Assembly: GCA_963836075.1 (NCBI GenBank)
Contig: CAWIIB010000009.1
Location: forward strand, 322,437 to 386,436
Direction of reading: 5' to 3'
DNA length: 64,000 bases
From: an uncultured Acidobacteriota bacterium
GTDB lineage: Bacteria > Acidobacteriota > JAQAZP01
In this document: positions 19,727-28,348 of the stretch, piece by piece
Numbering within the stretch: position 1 is the stretch's first letter
Layout: each line of letters starts with the position of its first letter
Notes under the pieces: generated by a model
What the model saw: only the letters and a program-made list of their open reading frames with translations
The model's database searches: none
What the model was told of the DNA's origin: nothing
Made by a program: the position numbers and the translations under genes

Positions 19727-20512
19727 CTACATCCGCTCCAGTTCTTCGATCACGCCGGGAACGGTGGAGCGCAGGGCGTCGCCCACCGCGGCCAGCAGGG
19801 CCGGGTCAGGCACGCCGGTCCACTCGTCCATGAAGAACTTCTTGAATTCGATGGCGATGGAGCAGCCGGTGCGGGGGAAGGTTTCGTGGACCCAGCCGGA
19901 GAACCTGGCGCCGCGGAACTTCACGTTCTCCCGCACGTCGAGCGGGCCGCCGGGGAAAGGGTAGGCCCGCAGATCGGCGATGAAGCGCTCCACCACCGGC
20001 GCCCAGAAGCGGCGGTCCATGCTGCCGGTTCCCAGGTTGACCTGGGGGTTTCCGGCCGGATCTTCCGGTTCGGCGCCGGGGCCGCCCCGGCGGTGGTTGT
20101 AGCTGTGCAGGTCGAAGACCATGAACCGGCCGTGCTGCCGCGCCATCTCCGAGAAGAGCTGTTCCATCGCCCGGTAAAACGCATCGTAACCGGCGAGGGA
20201 CCGCTGGGCCACGTCGGCCGGCAGCTCACCCTTCCAGACCTTGAGGCCCCAGGCGTCCTCGGGCGTGCGGTAGACCGCCTTGCCCCGGGGCCGGTTGAGG
20301 TCCACCTCGAAGCGCGAGTGGCGCCCGATGACCCGCGTGGGGCAGATGGCGGTCCACTGGCCGGTGAAGGGGTCTTCCTCCCGCAGGCGGTCCGCCTCGG
20401 GAAGGTTCATCACCTGCTCCACCTCGGGTCGCAGCTCGTGGCCGTCATGGACCGCCGCGGCGGCCACCGGCCCCTTGCCCTGTTCCAGTGTCCAGATCGT
20501 ACTCGTCATATC
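19727..20512 (-). CDS. N-formylglutamate amidohydrolase (FGase)-family protein.
   Basis: MTSTIWTLEQG...RPEVEQVMNLPEADRLREEDPFTG...VFDLHSYNHRR is FGase-like. Its stop lies 4 nt from the start of the MATCAP-GshB gene. Confidence 0.6.
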   Translation of the reverse strand, partial: DMTSTIWTLEQGKGPVAAAAVHDGHELRPEVEQVMNLPEADRLREEDPFTGQWTAICPTRVIGRHSRFEVDLNRPRGKAVYRTPEDAWGLKVWKGELPADVAQRSLAGYDAFYRAMEQLFSEMARQHGRFMVFDLHSYNHRRGGPGAEPEDPAGNPQVNLGTGSMDRRFWAPVVERFIADLRAYPFPGGPLDVRENVKFRGARFSGWVHETFPRTGCSIAIEFKKFFMDEWTGVPDPALLAAVGDALRSTVPGVIEELERM

Positions 20513-20719
20513 AACACCCTCAGCCGGCAGACGTCGTTGCTGCGACCACCGACAGTTCACCGGTGCAGCGGAACGTCACCGGTGGATTTGATTCCCTGGT
20601 TCAGATGTCTGCCGGGACAGCGAAAGGTAATCCGCGAAATGCACGGACTCTAATACTGTAACACGCCGGGAGAATGCAATAAAAAAGTAGCGTTTGATCG
20701 AGGGGCCGGGGCCCGGCTC

Positions 20720-21712
20720 TCACGGCCCCCAGCGGGCGCGGAAACCGCGGGTGTCGGTGTGAACGAAGGGGCCGTGGCTGCGGTTCTTTTTGTAGCGCCC
20801 CAGGCCGCCGGTAAACGGCTCGTACCACGGCTTGCCGAACATGCCGTCGATGATGTCGTAAACCACCGCCGCGTCACGGTAATCGACCGTCCCGTCACCG
20901 TTGAGATCGTCCATATCGCCGTCGGCCGGCTGCTCGTCGATGTAGATATCGGCGGCGTCGCCCCAGAGGTGGCGGCTGTATTCGACGTTGCCGATGTCGC
21001 GGTTGTACGCCGGTGTGCGGTAGCCGCTGAGGATGGCAAAGGTCCGGGCCGGGTACCCCGCCTCGTTCACCGCCTCGAGGACCAGTTCCAGTTTGAGCAG
21101 CAGCCTCACGCGGAGCGCCACGTATTTCGGGTATCCCCCGGCCTGCTTGCAGAGAAACTGCTTCAAGCGGAAATGCGGCGCGATCAGCGTCTCGGCGTTT
21201 GCCGGGGTCACCTCCACCAGGCCCGCCGGCGCCCGGTAGATCGGGAGCCGGCGCAGGGGGATCGACGGATACTCGCCGATGCGGTAGCCGTTGAGCGTGC
21301 CGTTCTTCACCCGGGACAGCGGCGCCATCACAAAGGCGTTGAGCCGCATCTGCCTGCCGGAGGGCGAACCGGTGATCCTGACCCGCACCAGGCCGGGCCG
21401 CCCACCAGGGGTCCAGCGCCACTTCCGGCCCGACACTGTTTCCACCCGCCCGCTTTCCGCCTCCAGAGTGTAACCGTCGCCATCGCCGGCATCGAGCACT
21501 TCGAAGACGGTGGGCGTCCCGGGCATCACGTAGACACCGAACACCCGGTACGGTATCCGCTCGTCACCCACGGAAACGGTGAACCCGGCCCGTTCGGCGG
21601 AGAACGGTGGGCGGTCGGCAGCCGCAGCGCCGCAGGCGGCGCAGGCCGCCATGATTGCTGCAATGACCAGCAGCGCCGCGGGCCGCCCGCTGCGGCACGG
21701 GATGCCGCTCAT
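20720..21712 (-). CDS. Peptidase M15 family lipoprotein (YcbK/MepK-like, DUF882-type).
   Basis: Lipoprotein signal LLVIAAIMAACAAC. C-terminal ...RTPAYNRDIGNVEYSRHLWGDAADIYI... matches the M15/DUF882 metal-binding region. It overlaps the upstream ldtD-like gene by 4 nt. Confidence 0.65.
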   Translation of the reverse strand: MSGIPCRSGRPAALLVIAAIMAACAACGAAAADRPPFSAERAGFTVSVGDERIPYRVFGVYVMPGTPTVFEVLDAGDGDGYTLEAESGRVETVSGRKWRWTPGGRPGLVRVRITGSPSGRQMRLNAFVMAPLSRVKNGTLNGYRIGEYPSIPLRRLPIYRAPAGLVEVTPANAETLIAPHFRLKQFLCKQAGGYPKYVALRVRLLLKLELVLEAVNEAGYPARTFAILSGYRTPAYNRDIGNVEYSRHLWGDAADIYIDEQPADGDMDDLNGDGTVDYRDAAVVYDIIDGMFGKPWYEPFTGGLGRYKKNRSHGPFVHTDTRGFRARWGP

Positions 21713-23385
21713 CGGCCGGCACCGGCGGCGATGACCGGCGGCTCGGCCATCGCCTCGTTCAGCGCGCCGTCCCGGTCGTAGATGTCCCGGCGAAACTGGA
21801 TCTCGCCGTTCTCCTCGGCCCAGGCGGTCCAGTAGAGCAGGTGCACCGGGATCGGCCGGGGCAGGGTCACCGTCTGTTCGCGTCCCGAGGCCACGGCCGC
21901 GGCGATCTTGCCGCGGTCCCAGGCGGGATCTTCGGCCAGCAGGTATACCGCCAGCTCCAGCGGCTTTTCGGTGCGGATGCAGCCGGAGCTGAAATCCCGC
22001 TGGGGCTGCGAAAAGAGCTCCCGCGTGGGCGTGTCGTGAATGTAGACATTGAACTTGTTGGGGAACATGAATTTCACCTGGCCCAGCGCGTTGAGCGGGC
22101 CCGGCTCCTGCCGCAGCCGGTAGGGGAACCGCTCGCGGTCCAAAGCCTTCCAGTCCACGCCGGCGGGGTCGATCTCGCGGGCGTCGGCGCCCCAGCCCTG
22201 GAAAACCTTGATCCCCATCCGGGCGAAGTAGGTCGGGTCCTTGAGGATCTCGGGCAGCTTGTCCTGCACGGCAAGGTTGTGCGGGACGTTCCAGGAGGGG
22301 CTGAACACCAGGTAGGTCATCAGGGAGCTGAACACCGGAGTCCGGCGGAAAGGCCGGCCGACGATGGCCCTCATGTTGAGTGCCGACCGGTTGTCCTGCA
22401 CCACGTCCAGCTCGAAGTTGGCGATGTTGACCAGGATGTGGCGCCGGCCCAGGTCCTTGGGCAGCCAGCGCCAGCGCTCCATGTTGGCCAGCAGTTGTTC
22501 GACACGCTGCTTCGCCGGCACGTTGAGCGCCTCGATGCTCTTCGGCCCGACGACGCCGTCGGCGGCCAGGCCGTGCCGCCGCTGGAACCGCCGCACCGCT
22601 TCGGCCAGGATATCGTCGAAAACCTCGCCCCCGGCCGACCCGGCATCGAGATCGCCCGACGCGGCCAGCCGGGCGGAAAGCAGTCTGACCCGCTCGCCGG
22701 TGTCCCCGGCTTCCAGCTTTTCCCCGCCGGGCACCGGCGCCCAGCCCCCCGCGGCGTGCAGTGCACGGTAGCGGGCCAGCGCCTGCCGCATGCAGCCGTA
22801 CCCGTCGTGGGCTGGACGCAGGCCGTCAAGGGCGGCTTCGATCCCGGTCCCCTCAAGGGCGTTTTCCAGCACATCGGCCAAATCCCCCTCACGGCGGCTG
22901 GCGTGCCACTGGGGGTCCACCGTCTCCGGGTCGAGACGCCCGGAGAGCAGGTGAGAGCCACAGACCAGGAACGCATCGCTGAGCAGGAGGTCCAGGTCGG
23001 CCAGCCGGCCGAGGCTGAACGGTTTCCCCGCATCCCGGTTCGCCTTCACCTCCTCCAGGACCTGGACGATTCCGGCCAGGTGGTAATCCGACGGGTTGAG
23101 CCCGTCAGCGGACAGACCGCGGATCGCGGCCACCATCGCCTCGGCCCGCGGTCCCGGCCCCGCCTCACCGGACCAGGCCGGCCGGAAGCCTCGACGTTCG
23201 TAAAACACCGGCAATACCCGGCTGGCATGAACCCGCTCGCCGTTGACCTCTATTCGCGGCGGCACTCCCGCCGCCTCGATCCGTGTTCGGATATGTTCAT
23301 CCAGCCGTTCAACCAGCAACCGGGCATGGGCTGGAACAGAGGCAAGGGCGACCAGCACGGTGATCAGCGTGAGCCGGCGCATCAT
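21709..23385 (-). CDS. L,D-transpeptidase of the YcbB/LdtD type (PG-binding + YkuD domains).
   Basis: Signal peptide MMRRLTLITVLVALASVPAHA. The peptidoglycan-binding repeat RFQRRHGLAADGVVGPKSIEAL. The YkuD catalytic region ...HDTPTRELFSQPQRDFSSGCIRTEKPLELA. Confidence 0.75.
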   Translation of the reverse strand: MMRRLTLITVLVALASVPAHARLLVERLDEHIRTRIEAAGVPPRIEVNGERVHASRVLPVFYERRGFRPAWSGEAGPGPRAEAMVAAIRGLSADGLNPSDYHLAGIVQVLEEVKANRDAGKPFSLGRLADLDLLLSDAFLVCGSHLLSGRLDPETVDPQWHASRREGDLADVLENALEGTGIEAALDGLRPAHDGYGCMRQALARYRALHAAGGWAPVPGGEKLEAGDTGERVRLLSARLAASGDLDAGSAGGEVFDDILAEAVRRFQRRHGLAADGVVGPKSIEALNVPAKQRVEQLLANMERWRWLPKDLGRRHILVNIANFELDVVQDNRSALNMRAIVGRPFRRTPVFSSLMTYLVFSPSWNVPHNLAVQDKLPEILKDPTYFARMGIKVFQGWGADAREIDPAGVDWKALDRERFPYRLRQEPGPLNALGQVKFMFPNKFNVYIHDTPTRELFSQPQRDFSSGCIRTEKPLELAVYLLAEDPAWDRGKIAAAVASGREQTVTLPRPIPVHLLYWTAWAEENGEIQFRRDIYDRDGALNEAMAEPPVIAAGAGR

Positions 23386-24072
23386 GGGGTGTCCTGTTCA
23401 GTGGCCTCGACAACCACCGCCACCGCCACGTCGGGCCACTGCCCCCCCAGGGGCTGGATCGACGGCGGGGCGATGATCTTGCAGAAAATGGTCGTGGACT
23501 CGCGAATCGTCCCGAGATAGACCGGCGTGGTGAGCAGAGTGGTGTTGCTGTCGCCGCCGCTTTCCGCCGCGCGCACCCGGACCGTTGCCGGGGAAACGCG
23601 AACCTCCCCCATCAGCAGACCCTCGGGCAGGGTGCCCACCAGCTGCGGCTGTATCCGGTATTCCTGTTCGCGGATCTCGTTCAGGGTCACCTCGAACGAC
23701 GGCGGGATCGGCTTCGAGCAGGCTGATCCCCCGGGGCAGCGAAACGTTATCCTCGGTGATCACCACCGTCTGTGTCCCGGGCAGGGCGCCGGACAGGTCC
23801 ACTCTCACCTGCAGACGGAAGGGGTCGAGCCGTTCCAGCTCGCTCAGCGGGCCGGCCAGGCGCAGCAGGGCATCGACCCGTTTCTCGCCGCCCAAGCCGA
23901 GGTGGGAAGGCAGGGAGACGTACTCGACGGGTGCTGAAATCACCCGTTCCCGCACCTCGTATTGCCGGTACACCACCGCGGACCAGAAAAAAATCGCCAG
24001 GACCAGCGGGATGATCAGCGACAGGGCGACACTTCGCGTCCCGCCCTCGGCAGTTCGGACCGGCAGGATGAC
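23382..24072 (-). CDS. YbbR/CdaR-like protein with a 1-nt frameshift near 23705. The boundary with cdaA is ambiguous: there is no stop between them in this frame.
   Basis: TM helix LSLIIPLVLAIFFWSAVV, then YbbR-like repeats (...QVRVDLSGALPGTQTVVITEDNVSLPRGISLLE / EVTLNEIREQEYRIQPQLVGTLPEGLLMGEVRVSPATVRVRAAES...). Confidence 0.45.
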
Positions 24073-24074
24073 CA

Positions 24075-24843
24075 GCGACCGCTGCCAGTGGGCGATGAGC
24101 TCCTCCTCGAAGACTTCCCGGCTCTCGATCACCCGGCCCCGGCCGCCGCTGAACAGCATCACCGTCCCCCGTTCTTCGGAAACCACCGCCACCAGGGCAT
24201 CGGTCACCTCGGTCAGACCGGCGGCGGCGTGGTGCCGGGTCCCCAGGGTCTCGGGGAGCAGGTTCGACCGCGACATGGGGAGCCGGACACCCAGCGCGGC
24301 CAGCCGGCCGTCCTCCACGATCACCGCCCCGTCGTGACCGGGGGAGTGGACCTCGAAAATACTCTGCAGCAGCGTCAGGCTGGGCTGGCCGTCCACCGGG
24401 TGCCCGCCGTGAACCCACTCGGCGATCGACTCGCGGCCCGGCATAACCAGCAGCGCCCCCACCCGATCGCCGGCCAGGGCGAAGGCGGTTTCAGCGAGGG
24501 TCCCGGCCAGGCCGCCGCCCGGTCCGCTCCGGCGCTGGCGGTGCAGCGAGGCGGCCCGCTCGAAGATCTTGCGGATTTCGGGCTGGAAAATGACGATCAG
24601 GGCCACCAGGGCCACCGGGCTGAGGTTGGAAAAGATCCACTCCAGCCCGCGCAGCTGGAGCAGGCTGGCCAGGAAGAACACCGCCGCGGTGAGCAGAATC
24701 CCGGCGAGGATCTTCCAGGTCCCCAGCCGGCGCAATGTCCGGTAGGCGATGAAAAGGGCCAGGGTGATCAGCAGGATGTCGAGGACTTCGCGCCAGCCGA
24801 AGACTTCGAAGAACGTGCGCATTGAGAGGATCGTTGATTCCAT
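24075..24843 (-). CDS. cdaA: Diadenylate cyclase CdaA (c-di-AMP synthase), membrane-anchored.
   Basis: Three N-terminal TM helices (MESTILSMRTFFEVFGWREVLDILLITLALFIAY...). The DAC domain motifs DGAVIV and GTRHHAAAGLTE (RHR-type). Confidence 0.7.
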
Positions 24844-24982
24844 GGTCACCACTGAACGGGCAGTCCGGCCCCTGCACCCTGCCTGCACCATGATATTGAA
24901 ATCGACACAATCGAAGCATCGCCCCGGTCACAGATCACTATAGACGTGATCTGCAGGGGATAACAAGGGACTGGAACTCCTG

Positions 24983-25666
24983 TCACATCCCCTTCCCCGC
25001 CACTCCCCTCACCCACTCGACCCAGCCGTCGAACCCTTCGCCGGTCTGGGCCGACAGTTCGGCCAGCGGGATCGCGCCGTTGATCTTTCGCAAGTTGGCC
25101 CGGGCGGCATCCAGATCGAACTTCAGGTGGGGCAACAGGTCTGTCTTGCTCAGCACCGCCAGGTCCGAGACCCGGAAGGCGAGGGGATACTTGAGCGGCT
25201 TCTCCTCCCCCTCGGTCACCGAAAGCACGGCCACCCGGGCGGTCTGCCCCAGGTCGAACTCGGCGGGGCAGACCAGGTTGCCCACGTTCTCGATGAAGAG
25301 GAGGTCGAGGTCTGAAAGTGAAATCCGGTCCAGCGCCTGCTTCAGCGTGCCGGCCTCGAGGTGGCAGGCGCCGCCGAACCCCTCGGTCTGGATCTGGACC
25401 GTGGGGACGCCGAACCGGGAGATGCGCTCGGCGTCACAGGAGGTGGCGATGTCGGCGGCGATCACGCCGACCCGCAAGGTCGCGCCCAGCCGTGAGATGG
25501 TCTCCTCGATCAGCGCCGTCTTTCCCGAACCGGGGCTGCCGATCACATCGATGACGCAGACCCCCGCCTCGGCGAAACGCCGGCGGTTCTCCTCAGCCAA
25601 CCGGTCGTTGGCCTGCAGAATGCTGGTCACCACGCTGTATTTTCCGGGGCCTGCCTCATCCCTCAT
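24983..25666 (-). CDS. hypB: [NiFe]-hydrogenase nickel-incorporation GTPase HypB.
   Basis: GSPGSGKTALIEETI (P-loop) ... ENVGNLVCPAEFDLG ... LSKTDLL. Confidence 0.85.
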   Translation of the reverse strand: MRDEAGPGKYSVVTSILQANDRLAEENRRRFAEAGVCVIDVIGSPGSGKTALIEETISRLGATLRVGVIAADIATSCDAERISRFGVPTVQIQTEGFGGACHLEAGTLKQALDRISLSDLDLLFIENVGNLVCPAEFDLGQTARVAVLSVTEGEEKPLKYPLAFRVSDLAVLSKTDLLPHLKFDLDAARANLRKINGAIPLAELSAQTGEGFDGWVEWVRGVAGKGM

Positions 25667-26011
25667 CTAGTCCACCTCCACGGCGAAAAGCTCCAGCTCC
25701 CGGCCGCTGACCAGCTCCAGGTCGGGCGACCCGCAGCCGGAGCAGAGAAAACAGGGTTCCTCGATTTCAACACTGATCCCGCAGGCCCTGCACGTGCCCC
25801 GGACCGGCACCATGGTGATCTCCAGGGAACTGCCGGCAAGCGGGGTATCTTCCGCCAGGACACCATAGAGAAACTTCAGGTTGTCCGGCACCACCGCGGT
25901 GAGCCGGCCCACGCGGACGGAGACGGTCTCCACCCGGCCGGCGATCTTCCCTCCGGCCAACTGCTGTTCAACCGCCTTGATGATGCTGAGCGCGATGGAG
26001 GCTTCGTGCAT
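25667..26011 (-). CDS. hypA: Hydrogenase nickel insertion protein HypA.
   Basis: MHEASIALSII...; zinc site CRACG...CSGCGS. Confidence 0.85.
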   Translation of the reverse strand: MHEASIALSIIKAVEQQLAGGKIAGRVETVSVRVGRLTAVVPDNLKFLYGVLAEDTPLAGSSLEITMVPVRGTCRACGISVEIEEPCFLCSGCGSPDLELVSGRELELFAVEVD

Positions 26012-27006
26012 CAGCAGATCCTCGGCAACTGGGCGCCCCTGAGGGGGATCAGGGGCCGCCGGCCGCCGATGGCGGTTTCCAGCACCACACCGGCCGGACC
26101 GCTGTCCACCTCGCCGATCAGGGCGGCGCCCTCGCCCCGCGGGTGACCCCGCAGGAGTCCGAGCCCTGCTTCAGCCTGGTCGGCCGGCACCACGGCGACC
26201 AGCCTTCCCTCGCAGGCCACGTAGAGCGGGTCGAGGCCCAGCAGGTCGCAGGCCGCCGACACCTCGCGCCGCAGCGGGATGGCGGTTTGCCGGACCCGCA
26301 TCCCCACACCGGACGCGTCGGCCAGGTCGATCAGCGCGGTGGCCAGGCCGCCCCGGGTGGGGTCGCGCATGCACCTCGCTCCCGGCACGGCGTCAAGCAG
26401 GGCGCCGGCCAGGTCGGCCAGCGGCTGGCAGTCGCTCTCCAGGCGGCCGGCGAGCCCGAACCCTTCACGGGCCGCCATCACCGCCACGCCATGGTCACCC
26501 ACCGGCCCGCTGACCAGCACCGCATCGCCGGGACGGCAGGCCGCAGCCGACAGGCTGCGGCCCGGGGGTACCAGGCCCAGGCCGCTGGTGTTGATGAAGA
26601 TCCCGTCCGCCTCCCCGCGGCCCACCACCTTGGTGTCCCCGCTGACCACGGCCACCCCGGCCTCCCGGGCGGTGCGCCCCATGGAGGCCACGATCCGTTC
26701 CAGGTCGCCGATGGAGAAACCTTCCTCGATGATGAACGCCGCGGTGAGCCAGCGCGGTTCGGCACCGGCCACGGCCAGATCGTTCACCGTCCCGGCCACG
26801 GCGAGCCGGCCGATGTCCCCCCCGGGGAAGAAAACCGGGCGCACCACGAAGGAATCGGTGGTCAGCGCCACCCGCTCGGCCCCCGTCACCGTGGCTGCGT
26901 CCTCCAGCACCGCCGGCGCCCCGAGATGTTCGAGGAAAAGGCCGCGCACCAGCTCAGCGGTGGCCGCCCCCCCCTCGCCATGATCCAGGAGGATGATCCC
27001 GCTCAT
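26011..27006 (-). CDS. hypE: Hydrogenase maturation protein HypE.
   Basis: 331 aa, AIR-synthase-like fold, HypE-typical C-terminus ...PRIC. Confidence 0.85.
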   Translation of the reverse strand: MSGIILLDHGEGGAATAELVRGLFLEHLGAPAVLEDAATVTGAERVALTTDSFVVRPVFFPGGDIGRLAVAGTVNDLAVAGAEPRWLTAAFIIEEGFSIGDLERIVASMGRTAREAGVAVVSGDTKVVGRGEADGIFINTSGLGLVPPGRSLSAAACRPGDAVLVSGPVGDHGVAVMAAREGFGLAGRLESDCQPLADLAGALLDAVPGARCMRDPTRGGLATALIDLADASGVGMRVRQTAIPLRREVSAACDLLGLDPLYVACEGRLVAVVPADQAEAGLGLLRGHPRGEGAALIGEVDSGPAGVVLETAIGGRRPLIPLRGAQLPRIC

Positions 27007-28094
27007 TGGACTCCTCGCCGCTCGTATCGATACCAGGCCGCACAGGCCCCCTCGCTGGAAACCATGCAGGGGCCCACCGGCCCCAGCGGGTCGCAGGTCT
27101 CTGCGAAGAGCGGGCAGTCGGGCGGGACGATCTTCCCCTTCAGCACGTCGCCGCAGGCGCAGCCCGGCGGCAGGTCCGCCGTCTCCTCCAGCTCCACCGG
27201 CAGGCGCGTCCCGGCGTCGAAGCCGGCATACTCCCCGTTCAGCTCGAGGCCCGAGCCGGGAATGGTCCCCAGGCCGCGCCAGGCGGCGTCGCAGCTCTGC
27301 AGCACCGCCGCCGTGACCTCGCGGGCCGCCGGGTTGCCTTCCGGCCGCACCGCCCGGCGGTACTGGATCTCCACCTCGGCCCGCTGCTCGGCCCGCTGGC
27401 GGAGCAGCATGGCGATCCCCTCGAGGATGTCCAGCCCCTCGAAACCGGTGACCACCGAGGGGATGCGGTATTCGGCGGCGATCGGCTCGTAGGGCCGGCT
27501 GCCGATGATGGCACTGACGTGGCCGGGGAGAATGAACCCGTCGATGGCCGTTTCCTCGTCTTCCAGCAGGGCTTCCATCGCCGGCGGAATCAGCTTGAAG
27601 GCCGGCATGACGAGGAAGTTCTCCACCCCCGATTTTTTGGCCTGCTGCAGGGTGGCCGCCACGGTGGGGCTGGTGGTCTCGAAACCGATGCCGAAGAAGA
27701 CCACCAGGCGCTCCGGCTCGGCCCGGGCCGCCCCCAGCGCCTCCATCGCCGAGTAGACCAGCCGCACGTCGCGACCGGCGGCGCGCTCCTGCTCCAGCGA
27801 GGAGGAGGAGCCGGGCACCCGCAGCATGTCGCCGAAGGTGGTCACGGTCACCCTGTCGAGGCGCCCCATGGCGATCACCTGGTCCACCGCGGAGCAGGGG
27901 GTGACACAGACCGGGCAGCCGGGACCGGAGAGCAGCCGGAGGTTTTCGGGCAGCCGGGCGCGGAGGCCCAGCCGGCAGATCGCCATGGTGTGGGTACCGC
28001 AGAGCTCCATCAGGTTGACCGGCCCCCGGGCCAGCGACCCGATCTCACCGAACAGCTCTTCGGCCCGGCCGCGCAGGGCCGCTTGACCGCTCAT
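27003..28094 (-). CDS. hypD: Hydrogenase maturation protein HypD.
   Basis: ATG at 28094 overlaps hypC by 4 nt. CGTH, GPGCPVCV, ...CPLF... HypD motifs. The ORF-track extension up to 28352 is out-of-frame overlap with hypC. Confidence 0.85.
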   Translation of the reverse strand: MSGQAALRGRAEELFGEIGSLARGPVNLMELCGTHTMAICRLGLRARLPENLRLLSGPGCPVCVTPCSAVDQVIAMGRLDRVTVTTFGDMLRVPGSSSSLEQERAAGRDVRLVYSAMEALGAARAEPERLVVFFGIGFETTSPTVAATLQQAKKSGVENFLVMPAFKLIPPAMEALLEDEETAIDGFILPGHVSAIIGSRPYEPIAAEYRIPSVVTGFEGLDILEGIAMLLRQRAEQRAEVEIQYRRAVRPEGNPAAREVTAAVLQSCDAAWRGLGTIPGSGLELNGEYAGFDAGTRLPVELEETADLPPGCACGDVLKGKIVPPDCPLFAETCDPLGPVGPCMVSSEGACAAWYRYERRGVQ

Positions 28095-28336
28095 CCCTCC
28101 GCCCCTTTGCCAGAGCCATCCGCCGTTCCGAACGCCTCGCCGAGCAGGGCCAGCGTCTCCTCCGCCTCCTCCCGGTCGAGGACCTGGATCGCGAACCCGG
28201 CATGGGTCAGAACGTACTGGCCCACTTCCACTGCGGAGAGGAGCTGGATGTGGACCGTGCGCTCGGTGCCGCCGAAGTCGACCCTGGCGGTCTCCCCCTC
28301 GATCCGGATCACCTTCCCTGGTACTGCGAGACACAT
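28091..28336 (-). CDS. hypC: Hydrogenase assembly chaperone HypC.
   Basis: N-terminal MCLAVPGKVI (the MC(L/I)(A/G)(I/V)P signature), 81 aa. Confidence 0.85.
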   Translation of the reverse strand: MCLAVPGKVIRIEGETARVDFGGTERTVHIQLLSAVEVGQYVLTHAGFAIQVLDREEAEETLALLGEAFGTADGSGKGAEG

Positions 28337-28348
28337 TTGCCGCTCCGT

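Noticed and set aside
20650-20719. GC hairpin plus T-run downstream of the M15 peptidase gene, as a rho-independent terminator.
   Set aside because: The stem (GCCGGGCCCCGGC) is imperfect and the T-tract begins about 18 nt after it rather than immediately. At best it is a weak terminator; not called.
24072-24075. Possible translational fusion of cdaA and the cdaR-like gene.
   Set aside because: No stop codon is visible between them in this frame. Given the demonstrated indel at about 23705 in the same gene, a second unseen indel is as likely as a true fusion. I report them as two features with an ambiguous boundary.
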